A stretch of 64,000 nucleotides of DNA. It comes from Chloroflexota bacterium. Lineage in GTDB: Bacteria > Chloroflexota > UBA11872 > VXNJ01. The stretch is from positions 1,168,569 to 1,232,568 of the forward strand of contig OZ252242.1 in assembly GCA_965249595.1 (NCBI GenBank), in the 5' to 3' direction. A program made the position numbers and the translations under genes. The notes below the pieces were generated by a model. The model did no database searches. It saw only the letters and a list, made by a program, of their open reading frames with translations, and was not told where the DNA came from. Below, in pieces: positions 1 to 9,493 of the stretch (the stretch's first letter is position 1; each line of letters opens with the position of its first letter).

Positions 1-324
1 ATGGGTCACCTGCACGTCGGAACAGGTCGTGTCGATGGTCTTAAGTCCCCGCCGCTCGGCCACTTCCCTAACTTGCGGAGAAACGCCGTGGGCGGTAAAG
101 ATGATCGTCCCTCCATCGGCCTGGTTTAGGCCTTCGATCCGATCGTCGGAATCGATCAGCTCGATACCCTGATCCTGGAGTTGTCGGGTCATGTGCTCGT
201 TGTGGACCAGATATCCGAGCATGTACAGCGGTCCATCTTCAGATTTGGCCGCCTTGCGCGCCATGTTCACGGCGGTTACAACGCCGTGGCAGTAGCCACG
301 CGGATTGACTGCGATGACCTTCAA
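1..324 (-). CDS. ispH: 4-hydroxy-3-methylbut-2-enyl diphosphate reductase IspH/LytB (N-terminal part; C-terminus runs off the left edge)
   Basis: Manual translation of the minus strand gives LKVIAVNPRGYCHGVVTAVNMA...LVHNEHM...IIFTAHGVSPQVREVAERRGLKTIDTTCSDVQVTH, which matches the IspH N-terminal motifs (NPRGFCxGV, IFSAHGVS, ATCPxVxKVH). A likely TTG start is at 324. This gene is not in the ORF track because it is truncated by the window edge. Confidence 0.75.
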   Translation of the reverse strand, partial: MKVIAVNPRGYCHGVVTAVNMARKAAKSEDGPLYMLGYLVHNEHMTRQLQDQGIELIDSDDRIEGLNQADGGTIIFTAHGVSPQVREVAERRGLKTIDTTCSDVQVTH

Positions 325-402
325 TCCAACCGCCTGCCGCTAATCGCCATTCTTAAAGCCAAGTTTAGAAATGCGGTCGTGCAATATGGCCCGACTTTGC
401 TT

Positions 403-1200
403 TTAGACCTTGCGGAATTCGGTCACCGCTTCGTTGGTCCCGTCGGCAAGCGGCTCCAGGCGGTAGTCGCCGAAAAGGTTGGGTGCTTCGCGCTGCATGA
501 TTTCAAGCACCATCGTGGCCACCTGGCGAATTTCGGTCTCGGCATGTTCGCTGCCGCGAAGTTCGATAAAGTGACGCAGGGCACGGGCGTTGGCGGTTAC
601 AAATATCTTGGTTTCGGTGGCATTGGGCAGCACCGACCGCGCGGCTTGGCGGGAGAGCTTGCGGCGCAGAGTCAAGCTTTCGACTCCCTCGAACTGGGAT
701 CGCAAAATACGGACCAGGCGCCGATAGCTGTCGAGTGAATGCTCCATTGCCTTCAGCCAAACTTGGTGCGCCTCGGGGTTCTCAGCGATGGCCGCCGGCT
801 CCACAAATTCGGTCCGGGCTGAGTTGACATAACGCTGGGAGAGCTGGCTGTAACCGAATCCGGCACGGTGCCGGATCAGCTCGTGGGTAAAGGAGCGCGA
901 AACGCCGCTGAAGATGAAATTCCACACCGCGTGCTCCAGTACGCTGCCGTGGCCCGAGGTGATGATATTGGACAGGTAATCGCGATTTGAGCGACGTCCC
1001 TTGCCAAAGGACATGTAACAGAGACGGCCGCCGGCCTCGGCCAGCAGTTCTGCGGCGTTGTCGGTATCCGAAGTCCACTCCAGCCCGTGGTCAGACAGGA
1101 ATTGAGCCGTGCCGGCGTCGACGACTTCCTGTCTGCCGACCAGCACAACCCGTGGCTTGGTGACCACCGCCACCGGCGGCGGTTCGGGAGTCCCGGTCAC
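403..1200 (-). CDS. thyX: Flavin-dependent thymidylate synthase ThyX
   Basis: The ORF 403..1401(-) contains the ThyX signature HELIRHRAGFGYSQLSQRY (RHRx7-8S). The homologous part starts near VTGTPEPPP, with a probable GTG start around 1200. The upstream 60-70 codons of the ORF are probably not translated. Confidence 0.8.
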   Translation of the reverse strand: MTGTPEPPPVAVVTKPRVVLVGRQEVVDAGTAQFLSDHGLEWTSDTDNAAELLAEAGGRLCYMSFGKGRRSNRDYLSNIITSGHGSVLEHAVWNFIFSGVSRSFTHELIRHRAGFGYSQLSQRYVNSARTEFVEPAAIAENPEAHQVWLKAMEHSLDSYRRLVRILRSQFEGVESLTLRRKLSRQAARSVLPNATETKIFVTANARALRHFIELRGSEHAETEIRQVATMVLEIMQREAPNLFGDYRLEPLADGTNEAVTEFRKV

Positions 1201-1529
1201 GAGGCCTCCGATGCAGTCGCCTGATATCGGGGCCGCCGATAATCTTTCCTGATCATGCTTTCTCGCCCTAGCCCATAGATGGCGCCCGATGATACGGCGG
1301 CGACTACCGCTGTTTTGCCACAGGGTGATTGGTACATTGTGCCGCCAGTTGACGAAGAATGGCGGGTCGAAGCGACGCCCGACGGACGCGGTGGCCAGCA
1401 CATGCGGATGATATACGGCGATGGCTATTCGGCGACTGTATTTATGCGTGCCGATGGAGATTTACGGATTCGTCTCTACCGCCATGATCGACCTCATCCA
1501 ATGGAAATCGATCATGACAAATTCCATAT

Positions 1530-2672
1530 TTGGTTCGTCGGCGAATGACCGGCCCCTTGGTCTGGAAATTGCTGCGGGCCACGGCCCCGGCCGCACCTTT
1601 CCTTTTCGGGATGGGGTACGCAGCTGGGCGGCTGGCGATTCGTCCTCTCCGGGATTACCTAAATCGCCCGGAGATAATCGATCAGCAGCTGGCCCGGCGC
1701 GTAGCACGGGCCGTCCATCGACCGGCCGGTGGAGCCGCTTTTAGCCCAACTTGGGCCGATCTGGCGGGGCGCCAGTGCTCTGAGCAATTGGCTGAAGCGC
1801 TGGGCATAAATTGGCTGGCGGAGCACCCGGTAAAGGCAATCGAACCTCTCGATTGGATTGATCTGAACTTGGTGCGATTCGCCCAATTGCTCCAGTCCCT
1901 GGACGGCCCGGCCCGCAAGGGCATTGACAATCCCTTCGCGCGCGTCGCCGTTTCGGTGCAGGTCGGGATCCTGCTGGGGTACTTAGCATCGCGGGTGATG
2001 GGCCAATATGACGTGAAGCTATTCGGCGGTGACCACACCACCTATGTGGTTGAGGCCAACGTGGACTCTTTGGCGCGCCGAATGGGGGTTGACCGCGACC
2101 AGCTTTGGCGTTGGGTCGCCCTGCACGAATTGACCCATGCTCTTGAATTCGAACGCGCCGCGTGGTTGCCGGACCATTTACGCGGCCTGATTGCGAGCTA
2201 TTTTTCCGACGACCGGCCCGATGATGCGACCGCAACTAAGGATGACGAGGCTGCTGGTGGGCTGCTGGCGATGGCGCTTAGCGGCAACCAGCGGGCAATG
2301 ATTTCCCGCACCCAGGCCTGCATGTGCGTTCTGGAGGGTTATTCCAATCTGGTCATGCGCGAGGTTGGACGCTCGGTTCTCGGCGAATATCCGCGCATAG
2401 ACGCGGCGATGCGCTCACGCGAAAAGTCCCGTTCGCTATTTACCAATCTCGTCCTGCGCCTGCTGGGATTGGGCCTAAAAATGGATCAATACCGAATGGG
2501 CGAGCGATTTTGTCGGCACGTGTTTGAAGAGGCCGGCATGGAGGCTGTGGACCTGGTCTGGCGTCGACCGGCCAACCTGCCCGACCTAGCTGAGATTGCC
2601 GATCCCGATCGTTGGCTGACCCGCATGCGCGAGTCGCTGCCCGAATCAGAGACGGGCCAACCTTCGCGCTAG
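1530..2672 (+). CDS. Zinc-dependent metalloprotease, HEXXH (DUF2342-like zincin hydrolase)
   Basis: 380-aa ORF with an HELTHALEF (HEXXH) motif. Its composition resembles actinobacterial DUF2342-type hydrolases. Confidence 0.65.
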   Translation: MVRRRMTGPLVWKLLRATAPAAPFLFGMGYAAGRLAIRPLRDYLNRPEIIDQQLARRVARAVHRPAGGAAFSPTWADLAGRQCSEQLAEALGINWLAEHPVKAIEPLDWIDLNLVRFAQLLQSLDGPARKGIDNPFARVAVSVQVGILLGYLASRVMGQYDVKLFGGDHTTYVVEANVDSLARRMGVDRDQLWRWVALHELTHALEFERAAWLPDHLRGLIASYFSDDRPDDATATKDDEAAGGLLAMALSGNQRAMISRTQACMCVLEGYSNLVMREVGRSVLGEYPRIDAAMRSREKSRSLFTNLVLRLLGLGLKMDQYRMGERFCRHVFEEAGMEAVDLVWRRPANLPDLAEIADPDRWLTRMRESLPESETGQPSR

Positions 2673-2676
2673 CGCC

Positions 2677-3204
2677 CTATTCGCCGTCGCCGTAATGGAT
2701 CAGGCTGTGAATCGGATAGTCGGCCAGATTGCTGCGGCCGGACAGGAAATCAAGTTCAACCAGAAAGGTCGCACCCGTAATCTGCCCGGCCAAGCGGGCG
2801 ATTAGGCGCTCGGTCGCCGCAACCGTGCCGCCGGTGGCCAGCAGGTCATCACATAGCAGGACCTTTTGACCCGGTTGAACCGCGTCGGCGTGGATCTCCA
2901 AGGTTGCGGTGCCGTATTCGAGGTCGTAACTTTCCCCGATCGCCGCCGCCGGCAGTTTTCCGGCTTTGCGCACCAGGGCCACGCCGCATCCGCCCAGCTC
3001 GCGGGCCACGGCGACTGCGAATAGGAAACCACGGGCTTCGGCGGCAGCGATGACGTCGGGCGGGTCGTCCTTAAAAGGAGCGGCCATCTGCTCAGCGGCC
3101 TGCGCGAACGCTTCACCGTTAAGGAGCAGTGGCGTGATGTCCTTAAACAGGATTCCTTCAATCGGGAAGTTCGGGATCGTGCGAATGTAGTCTTCGAGAT
3201 TCAA
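2677..3204 (-). CDS. apt: Adenine phosphoribosyltransferase
   Basis: IPNFPIEGILFKDITPLL...EARGFLF...VRKAGKLP...SYDLEYG...LLCDDLLATGGT is the canonical APRT/PRPP-binding pattern. The ORF extends to a TTG at 3264. An in-frame TTG at 3204 (MNLEDYIRTIPNFP) gives a more typical length of about 175 aa, so the start is uncertain. Confidence 0.85.
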   Translation of the reverse strand: MNLEDYIRTIPNFPIEGILFKDITPLLLNGEAFAQAAEQMAAPFKDDPPDVIAAAEARGFLFAVAVARELGGCGVALVRKAGKLPAAAIGESYDLEYGTATLEIHADAVQPGQKVLLCDDLLATGGTVAATERLIARLAGQITGATFLVELDFLSGRSNLADYPIHSLIHYGDGE

Positions 3205-3844
3205 TTCGGCCGGCCATCGAGATTGTTGATTCGTTGGTGCGCAGGGCAGGCAAATTTTCGACAAATTTGGCCAGCGCTATCCAGTCGGTGACCTGCTGCG
3301 GAAATCTGCGGTATCGAGACATTACGCGTGGCGAAGGGTGATAGAGCGGGAAGAGGACTCTATCGTGCCAGGGCCAGGCTTGCCCGGCGGCGCCGGGCAA
3401 TGACAACTCGTGTGGATCGATCCGTTTCAATGCGGCCAACGCCACCGCGCCGAGGGTGGCGATCAATGGCGGCTCGAGCAGGTCGATTACCGCTTTTAAC
3501 CAGTGGCTACAGGCTGCCAGTTCGCTGGCCCGTGGGGCCCGATTTCGGCCGCCACCCGTTTGCGGATTGCAGATGACCGCATTGGTAATGAACAGGTCCG
3601 ACCGCTTCAACCCGCAGGAAGCGAGCAATCGCTCGAAGTTTTCACCGCTGCGGTCGTCGCTGAGAGGAACCCCGGACTGCTCGGCGCCCCGCACGCCCGG
3701 GGCCTCGGCGATGACCAGGAGAGAGGTATCCAAGGACCCGTTGGCGGCGGTTAGGACCCGCCGCCGCCCTTCCATCGCCGGGCACGCGCGGCAGGCTGCG
3801 GCGGTTGCAAACAACTCCCGCCAGTTGTTTGGTGGCGCCGTCAA
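3158..3844 (-). CDS. Uracil-DNA glycosylase, family 4
   Basis: The VIAEAPGVRGAEQSGVPLSDDRSGENFERLL (GEAPG...GxPFxGxxG-like) and LYHPSPRV (HPSP) motifs are typical of family-4 UDG. The 3' end overlaps the apt 5' region by at least 47 nt. Confidence 0.75.
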   Translation of the reverse strand: MTAPPNNWRELFATAAACRACPAMEGRRRVLTAANGSLDTSLLVIAEAPGVRGAEQSGVPLSDDRSGENFERLLASCGLKRSDLFITNAVICNPQTGGGRNRAPRASELAACSHWLKAVIDLLEPPLIATLGAVALAALKRIDPHELSLPGAAGQAWPWHDRVLFPLYHPSPRVMSRYRRFPQQVTDWIALAKFVENLPALRTNESTISMAGRIESRRLHSHDPELPD

Positions 3845-4470
3845 GCAACCACCTGGGGTTGGAATCGCTCAACCCCGCCATTGGCGGCGTCGCGTTGCCG
3901 GGCCGACTGGGCGGGCCCGGCACCTCCATCGCCGGGAAAGTTTCCGTTGCCGAGCAATTCATATTTGGCCCGGCCCGGACCATTTGCGGGGACGGCAATC
4001 TCGCCATTTCCGTCAGCGTCAAATGTCCAAAGCTGGGGCCGCTCCGGCAACGGCGGGCCGTCAACAAGCGTCCCGCCGGCCTGGGCCAATACGATGGCCC
4101 GATAGGCGATTGCAAAGGTGCCGGCGTGGTCTGGATTGGCGTCCAATCGATGGTGGGTTATCACCAATTGGACATCGGCCTCGCGCAGGATCTGGGCAAG
4201 CCGGATGGCGGCGACGGGATCGTCGCGTACGGTCTGCTCGGAAAAACCCAGCGTTGTGAGCCTGCACCCGAATTGCTTCGCCGAATTGGCCGTCGTCTCT
4301 TCGGCCCGGTCTGGGGGCAGACGCCTGCCGGGCAGCAAGCGTTCCACCATTACGACAATCGTTGGCGGATTGGAAGGTGAATGCGCAAGGAGCAGGCCGC
4401 CACAGGCGATTTCCGCCTCCAGCGGGTAGGCCGCAACTACCACCGTGCGCTGATCAAACTGATCTTGCAA
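3841..4470 (-). CDS. PIG-L/LmbE-family N-acetylglucosaminyl deacetylase-like protein
   Basis: VVVAAYPLEAEIACGGLLLAH sits where the LmbE AHPDDExxGxGG motif is expected, and ITHHRLDANPDHAGT sits where the HPDH motif is expected. The first motif is degenerate (HPDDE becomes YPLEAE). There is a 4-bp overlap with the downstream UDG gene. Confidence 0.55.
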   Translation of the reverse strand: MQDQFDQRTVVVAAYPLEAEIACGGLLLAHSPSNPPTIVVMVERLLPGRRLPPDRAEETTANSAKQFGCRLTTLGFSEQTVRDDPVAAIRLAQILREADVQLVITHHRLDANPDHAGTFAIAYRAIVLAQAGGTLVDGPPLPERPQLWTFDADGNGEIAVPANGPGRAKYELLGNGNFPGDGGAGPAQSARQRDAANGGVERFQPQVVA

Positions 4471-4538
4471 TTGGCATCTCCCTATTCCTTAACATCGCCA
4501 AAGCGTAAATTGACCGCCGCCAACAGATCGATTGCTCA

Positions 4539-5825
4539 TTGACTCAATTTTTCGACACTGCGACCATTTCCGTAGTCGCCGGACGCGGCGGCGCGGGCTC
4601 GGCTTGGCTGCGGCGCGAAAAATATGTTCCGCACGGCGGCCCGGCCGGTGGTGACGGAGGACGCGGCGGACACGTGATCCTGCGGGCCAGTACCGGTGAG
4701 AACACATTGGTTCGCTTCGCCTACCAGAAGCGCTTTGCGGCCGAGTCCGGTGGTGCCGGCGGCCGCAGCCTGGCCAGCGGCCGCCAAGGCCGCGACATGC
4801 ACCTGGACGTTCCCTGTGGGACGATGGTTTACGACACTACCGAGGATTGCCTGCTGGGCGACCTTGCGGAAGCCAGCCAAACTTTGGTCGCCGCCGCGGG
4901 CGGTGACGGCGGAATTGGTAATCATCACTTTAAAAGCTCGACTCGCCAGACTCCGCGTTTCGCCTTGCGCGGCCTACCGGGGGAACATCGTCGTCTTCGA
5001 TTGGAACTTAAGTTGGTCGCCGATGTTGGATTGGCCGGCGCCCCCAATGCGGGCAAGTCCTCGTTGCTCGCCAAGATCTCGGCGGCCCGGCCGCTAGTGG
5101 CGGCGTTCCCTTTCTCGACAGTCCATCCAGTCCTTGGCGTGGTTCGGCGAGGTGATTCGCAACTGACTTTTGCCGATGTTCCCGGTCTGATTGAAGGATC
5201 CCATCTAGGGCAGGGCTTGGGCGATGAATTTCTGCGGCATCTGGAACGCACCCGATTCCTAGTCCAGGTAGTTGATCTGTCGGGCGATTCGGGCGACCCG
5301 ATGCAGACCTATGAGTCGATCCGACGCGAACTCGAGTTCACGCCGCGTCCGCTGGACCGTCGCCCATATATCGTGGCGGCCAACAAAATGGACATCGCCA
5401 CGGCCAGCGATGCCTGGCCAGCTTTCCAGGCGCAGATGGAGCGACTCGGCGTTTCCGCCTACCCGATTTCGGCAGTCACCGGCGAAGGCGTCAGCGATCT
5501 GCTGGCCGCCGCCTTCGCCGGCGCCGCCGCGGCTCCGGTCCACCATCTCGGCGACAACTCCGGCGCCAATCTTCCGGTCCTGCGGCCCGGCGCCGGGCAA
5601 AGGCCGACCATCGTCGAACAAACCGGCCCAGGGCAGTTTGAAGTTCGCGGCAGTCAAATCGAAACCCTGATCGAGCGGGTGGATTTTCAGATGCCGGAAG
5701 CCCTGGAGTGGTTCTGGCGCCAGTTAGAGCGGGCGGGAGCGATGCGAGCGCTGCGGCGGGCCGGGGCCAAAAAGGGAGATCAGGTCGAAATCGCCGGCCG
5801 CACCTTTCAGTGGCATGAACCTTAA
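4539..5825 (+). CDS. obg: GTPase Obg/CgtA
   Basis: The Gly-rich Obg fold region (ISVVAGRGGAGSAWLRREKYVPHGGPAGGDGGRGGHV), the G-domain motifs GLAGAPNAGKSSLL and DVPGLIEG, and a C-terminal OCT-like domain are all present. Confidence 0.9.
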   Translation: MTQFFDTATISVVAGRGGAGSAWLRREKYVPHGGPAGGDGGRGGHVILRASTGENTLVRFAYQKRFAAESGGAGGRSLASGRQGRDMHLDVPCGTMVYDTTEDCLLGDLAEASQTLVAAAGGDGGIGNHHFKSSTRQTPRFALRGLPGEHRRLRLELKLVADVGLAGAPNAGKSSLLAKISAARPLVAAFPFSTVHPVLGVVRRGDSQLTFADVPGLIEGSHLGQGLGDEFLRHLERTRFLVQVVDLSGDSGDPMQTYESIRRELEFTPRPLDRRPYIVAANKMDIATASDAWPAFQAQMERLGVSAYPISAVTGEGVSDLLAAAFAGAAAAPVHHLGDNSGANLPVLRPGAGQRPTIVEQTGPGQFEVRGSQIETLIERVDFQMPEALEWFWRQLERAGAMRALRRAGAKKGDQVEIAGRTFQWHEP

Positions 5826-5867
5826 GATCTGGGCGGATGCGGGCGATGATCCGTCCAGGCCGGAGGT

Positions 5868-7052
5868 CTATCCGTCCCCGGTCATGATCCCGTAGTGGTC
5901 AGCGATGATCGGATCGGCCGTTAGCTGCAGCCCGTTCCGGCTTAGCCAATCCTCCTGAACCGAATCAAGCTGGCTCGTCAATACGGCGCTGTCGCTGCGC
6001 AAATTTAAGTAGAAATTGTCAATTGCCCGTTCTTGCAACTGACCTAGGGAGTCCTCTTCCAGTGGCCTCATCTCTTCAAAATCCTCGACATAGAAGAGGA
6101 TGTCGCTGGCATCGGGAACTTCAAATATCGATACCGTGCCAACTTCCTGCTGCCAGATACCGTCGGCGTATTCAGGCGGGATCTGCGACCGCACGCGATA
6201 ACCGTAATCGAATGCCGAATAACCCTCATCGTCGGCGTCGCCGTCGACGATCGTTTGGCGCCCACCGGTGATTAGCTGTATCTCCAATTGATCTAGGCGC
6301 TTGCGGTCCGTAGATCGAATGATCAAAAGTTTTATCTGGTCGGCTTCAGTTGGGACACCGGCTCTGACACCGGCAATTTCGTACTCCTCAAGCGCCAGTC
6401 CGCGCAGATGTCTCTCCAATGCATCGCCTTCTACGTCTATGGCCTCGGCCAGCGCCGCGATGGAAGCCGCGATGCCGGCTGCTGCGGCGTAGTCGAGCAG
6501 CGCGGCTTGATATCGGTCGGCGGCCGGGACTTCACCCGCGGCGTACCGGTCAAACAGGATCTGGCGATTTACTAGATCGTTGAGCGCGCCTGATTCGGAA
6601 CCGAAATAGCTCTGGGCAAACTCATCGGACGCGGCATTGGGAACAAATTCAGCTCCAGAGGGTATCTTTTGGGCGATTTCGTTTAGTCCGGTCAACGCAC
6701 GCCAGCGCACCAAGTCGCGTTCGACGGCGACCTGCTCAAGCTGAACGGCGGTTTCGCCAATTTCGGCCACGGTACTCCACTGAACCCCAACGCGGTTGTA
6801 GAAGAGCATCCAGACCAATATCGTTACGACAACCGCGGCAACCAGCCAGACAAAAAGCTGGACCAATCGGTTGCCGGCTTGAGTACGGGCCGCGTCAGGT
6901 TGATCGTTCCAAGAGGAAATCACATCCGGCAGATCACGCCAGCCAACGCGGTGTTCGGCGGCCGTCTCAATGCGCCGGATGCGGCGCGCATCTTCTCGTT
7001 CGTGCCGCCGCCGCTTGGATTTGTTCTGCGGTGGATCCTTACGGCTGGCCAT
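5868..7052 (-). CDS. Hypothetical membrane-anchored protein (basic N-tail, one TM helix, acidic C-terminal domain)
   Basis: 394-aa ORF with an Arg/Lys-rich N-terminus, the TM helix LVQLFVWLVAAVVVTILVWMLF, and an Asp/Glu-rich remainder. No recognisable catalytic motif. It sits where rplI usually follows rpsR. Confidence 0.55.
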   Translation of the reverse strand: MASRKDPPQNKSKRRRHEREDARRIRRIETAAEHRVGWRDLPDVISSWNDQPDAARTQAGNRLVQLFVWLVAAVVVTILVWMLFYNRVGVQWSTVAEIGETAVQLEQVAVERDLVRWRALTGLNEIAQKIPSGAEFVPNAASDEFAQSYFGSESGALNDLVNRQILFDRYAAGEVPAADRYQAALLDYAAAAGIAASIAALAEAIDVEGDALERHLRGLALEEYEIAGVRAGVPTEADQIKLLIIRSTDRKRLDQLEIQLITGGRQTIVDGDADDEGYSAFDYGYRVRSQIPPEYADGIWQQEVGTVSIFEVPDASDILFYVEDFEEMRPLEEDSLGQLQERAIDNFYLNLRSDSAVLTSQLDSVQEDWLSRNGLQLTADPIIADHYGIMTGDG

Positions 7053-7085
7053 AGACGTTGGGAAGAATTCTGCGGTCGTTATCGA

Positions 7086-7424
7086 TTAGCGACGCTGGGT
7101 GTACGGCAACAGGGCCAAGTACCGGGCACGCTTGATCGCCCGGGCCAACTTGCGCTGCTGCTTGGCGTCAAGCCCCGTTTGCCGGCGCGCCATTATCTTG
7201 CCCGACGGGGCCAGAAAGTTGCGAATCCGATCCACATCTTTGTAATCGAGGATTACATCTTCGCCCGGTTCGAACGCGTGGCCAATCGCTCCACGGCGAC
7301 GACGACGATTTCCCGATTGCGCGTCTTCCGAGGATCGTTCTTCGAATCGATTGGGTGGTGCCGAACGGGGTCGGTCTTCGAATCGATTGGGTGGTGCCGA
7401 ACGGGGTCGGTCTTGGTCAGTCAT
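7086..7424 (-). CDS. rpsR: 30S ribosomal protein S18 with N-terminal extension
   Basis: [49 protein letters not shown] is the bS18 core. The N-terminal extension carries a duplicated [12 protein letters not shown] unit. Confidence 0.85.
   Translation of the reverse strand: MTDQDRPRSAPPNRFEDRPRSAPPNRFEERSSEDAQSGNRRRRRGAIGHAFEPGEDVILDYKDVDRIRNFLAPSGKIMARRQTGLDAKQQRKLARAIKRARYLALLPYTQRR
7340..7411. repeat. Perfect 36-bp tandem duplication (2 copies) inside the rpsR coding region
   Basis: cttcgaatcgattgggtggtgccgaacggggtcggt occurs twice in tandem, at 7340-7375 and 7376-7411. It is in frame and encodes [12 protein letters not shown] twice. Confidence 0.9.
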
Positions 7425-7471
7425 TAGAGGTACCTTCTTGGCAATCGGATTGGTTGTTTGGCCGGCAGTGG

Positions 7472-7981
7472 TTAAAACGGCAAATCGTCAATGTCGATTT
7501 CCTTTTCACCACTCGCCGGGCGTTGGCCGGTTGGTTGATCGGCGGCCTGTTCCCATGATTCAACTGCTCCGCCGGCCGGCCGGGCAGCCGGGCGAACCGG
7601 TGGTCCTTCACTGGAGGCGGGCGAACCGCTGGTGAGGTTGACCACGTCGGATGCTGAAACCTCCAACGACGTTCGAGTCTGCCCGTCATTGCCGGTCCAT
7701 TCGCTGGAGCGGAATCTACCCGAAACATAGACGCGCGAGCCTCGATTTAGGTACTGATTGGCCATTTCGGCCGTACGTCCCCAGGCGGTAACGCGAAACC
7801 AATCGGTGTGTTCGGTCCACTGCCGGTCAGGTCCGCGGCGGTTGTCATTGACCGCCACGCGGAACGTGGAATATTCACGTCCATCCTGTGTAAAGCGTTT
7901 CTCGGGGTCGGCGCCGAGGCGACCAACCAACGTAATTGTTTTGATGCCTCGCGCGCGGCGTGGGCGACCGTCGTCGTTCAT
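7472..7981 (-). CDS. ssb: Single-stranded DNA-binding protein
   Basis: Single OB-fold N-terminal domain, a Gly/Pro-rich linker, and the canonical acidic tail ...DIDDLPF. Confidence 0.9.
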   Translation of the reverse strand: MNDDGRPRRARGIKTITLVGRLGADPEKRFTQDGREYSTFRVAVNDNRRGPDRQWTEHTDWFRVTAWGRTAEMANQYLNRGSRVYVSGRFRSSEWTGNDGQTRTSLEVSASDVVNLTSGSPASSEGPPVRPAARPAGGAVESWEQAADQPTGQRPASGEKEIDIDDLPF

Positions 7982-8006
7982 ATATTTGAATCCGTTCGGA
8001 GATTAT

Positions 8007-8342
8007 TCACGCGTCGTCTGTTTCGTCAGCCAGGTCCATAACTGGACCAATTCCGCCTTCGTCCTTGGCGATCAGATAACGCACCACGGCGGCCTCCAAT
8101 CGCAAACCCTCGTTGATCGGCTCAATTGCCGCACGGTCCAGATTGACCTTGAACAGGGTGTAAAAGGCCTCGCGGCGCTTGTCGATTTCATAGGCCAAGC
8201 GGCGCCGTCCCCACTGGTGAATTTCAGTGACCGAACCGGAGTTCGTAGTGACGAGGCCTTCGACTTTAGACAGTTGCTCGGGGGCCGTTTCGATGCCGTC
8301 TGGAGTGGCCTCAAAGAGGACCACGATTTCATAATCTTCCAA
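8007..8342 (-). CDS. rpsF: 30S ribosomal protein S6
   Basis: YEIVVLF...GLVTTNSGSVTEIHQWGRRRLAYEI...FYTLFKV matches bS6. The true start is probably the TTG at 8342 (M-EDYEIV). The ORF continues upstream to 8444. Confidence 0.85.
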   Translation of the reverse strand: MEDYEIVVLFEATPDGIETAPEQLSKVEGLVTTNSGSVTEIHQWGRRRLAYEIDKRREAFYTLFKVNLDRAAIEPINEGLRLEAAVVRYLIAKDEGGIGPVMDLADETDDA

Positions 8343-8519
8343 GCGAATCGCCCCTTCCTGCGGGTTCGTCGGCGTGCAAATTCGCCGATAGAAAGGCTTT
8401 TCCCGGATCAAAGGCCGGGCCGCAGATTTTAGCCGGGTTTTCAACTAAATTGAGTCGTAGAACCAGACAGTGACGCTGAACCCGGTCGCCGCTGTTACGT
8501 AATTACCGATCCGTACCGA

Positions 8520-9467
8520 TTGATGCAACGCCCCACCACTCACCCCAAATCGTTGGCAGCAATACGCCAGCGAACGCGCAGCGCGCTGGAACGCTATGGA
8601 TGGCGGCCGATACCAATCAAGCCCGATGAGTATCTAAATGGACGCCGGTTTGTCGATACTGGCCAGGGGCGTGCGGTCGTCGAAGACATCGGTTCTGGCG
8701 CACCGATATTGGCGCTGCCAGGTTTTGCCGGTTCGGCCGATTCCTGGCGAGCGCTGGTGGTTGCTCTGGGACCCGGTTGGCGCTGGCTGCTGGTTGACCC
8801 GCCGGGTTTCGGGCTGGCCGATAAGGTGCCGGGAGCCGATTACCGAGCGCCGGCCCAAGCGCAGCGCCTGCTCGCGGTCATGGACGCGCTGCGGATCGAG
8901 CGGGCTACCCTGATAACTAGTTCGGGCTCGGCCCAGATTGCCCTCGCCGCCGCCCAAGCGGCTCCGGCCCGCTGCCGGGCGCTGGTTCTGGTGGCGCCGT
9001 TCTTGGTCCCTTCGCGATCGACCAAGGCGTTGCTGGCGCTGGGTCGCCTGCCCCTTCTGGCAGCCCTGGCGAGCCGTCTGCTAGCCACCCGTTGGACGGT
9101 GATGATCGCCAATCGATTGGGCACGGAGGACAACACCTTGGTGACAGACTCGGTTGTCGATCAGCAATTTTTGGCTTTCGGGTCGCCGGGATTCGTCCGA
9201 GCCTACTTCGAGGTCCTGGCTCATCTGGCACCGGAGGGACTCGAACGAATCCTCCCGCAGGTGAAGGTGCCCACCCTGGCCGTTTTGGGCGATAACGATC
9301 TCGCGTCCGATCCGGTCGCGACCCGCCGTTTGCTCTCGCGCCTGCCCGACCGGAGATTGATCGAATTAACCGACTGCGGCCACGTTATTCAACGAGATCG
9401 CTCTGAACGCCTGGCCGCTATCCTTCGCCAATTCTTGAGTTCGCAATTCAAAATAAGCGGCCCATGA
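8520..9467 (+). CDS. Alpha/beta-hydrolase fold protein
   Basis: Blocks typical of this fold (PILALPGFAGSADSW, the TSSGS nucleophile-elbow region, and a C-terminal DCGHV His region). The nucleophile motif is non-canonical. Confidence 0.65.
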   Translation: MMQRPTTHPKSLAAIRQRTRSALERYGWRPIPIKPDEYLNGRRFVDTGQGRAVVEDIGSGAPILALPGFAGSADSWRALVVALGPGWRWLLVDPPGFGLADKVPGADYRAPAQAQRLLAVMDALRIERATLITSSGSAQIALAAAQAAPARCRALVLVAPFLVPSRSTKALLALGRLPLLAALASRLLATRWTVMIANRLGTEDNTLVTDSVVDQQFLAFGSPGFVRAYFEVLAHLAPEGLERILPQVKVPTLAVLGDNDLASDPVATRRLLSRLPDRRLIELTDCGHVIQRDRSERLAAILRQFLSSQFKISGP

Positions 9468-9493
9468 TGGGCGATTGAACCGAGATCTTTCTT

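Noticed and set aside
181-738. 185-aa plus-strand ORF
   Set aside because: It lies antisense to the ispH 5' region and the thyX 3' region, which are both well supported. It has no motifs. It is a typical high-GC antisense open frame.
3456-4259. 267-aa Arg/Pro-rich plus-strand ORF (and 3805..4380)
   Set aside because: Antisense to the UDG and pigL-like genes, with extreme Arg/Ala/Pro composition. It is an alternative-frame artefact of GC-rich DNA.
7351-7635. Two short plus-strand ORFs with a repeated GAERGRS peptide
   Set aside because: They are created by the 36-bp tandem repeat, on the antisense strand of rpsR.
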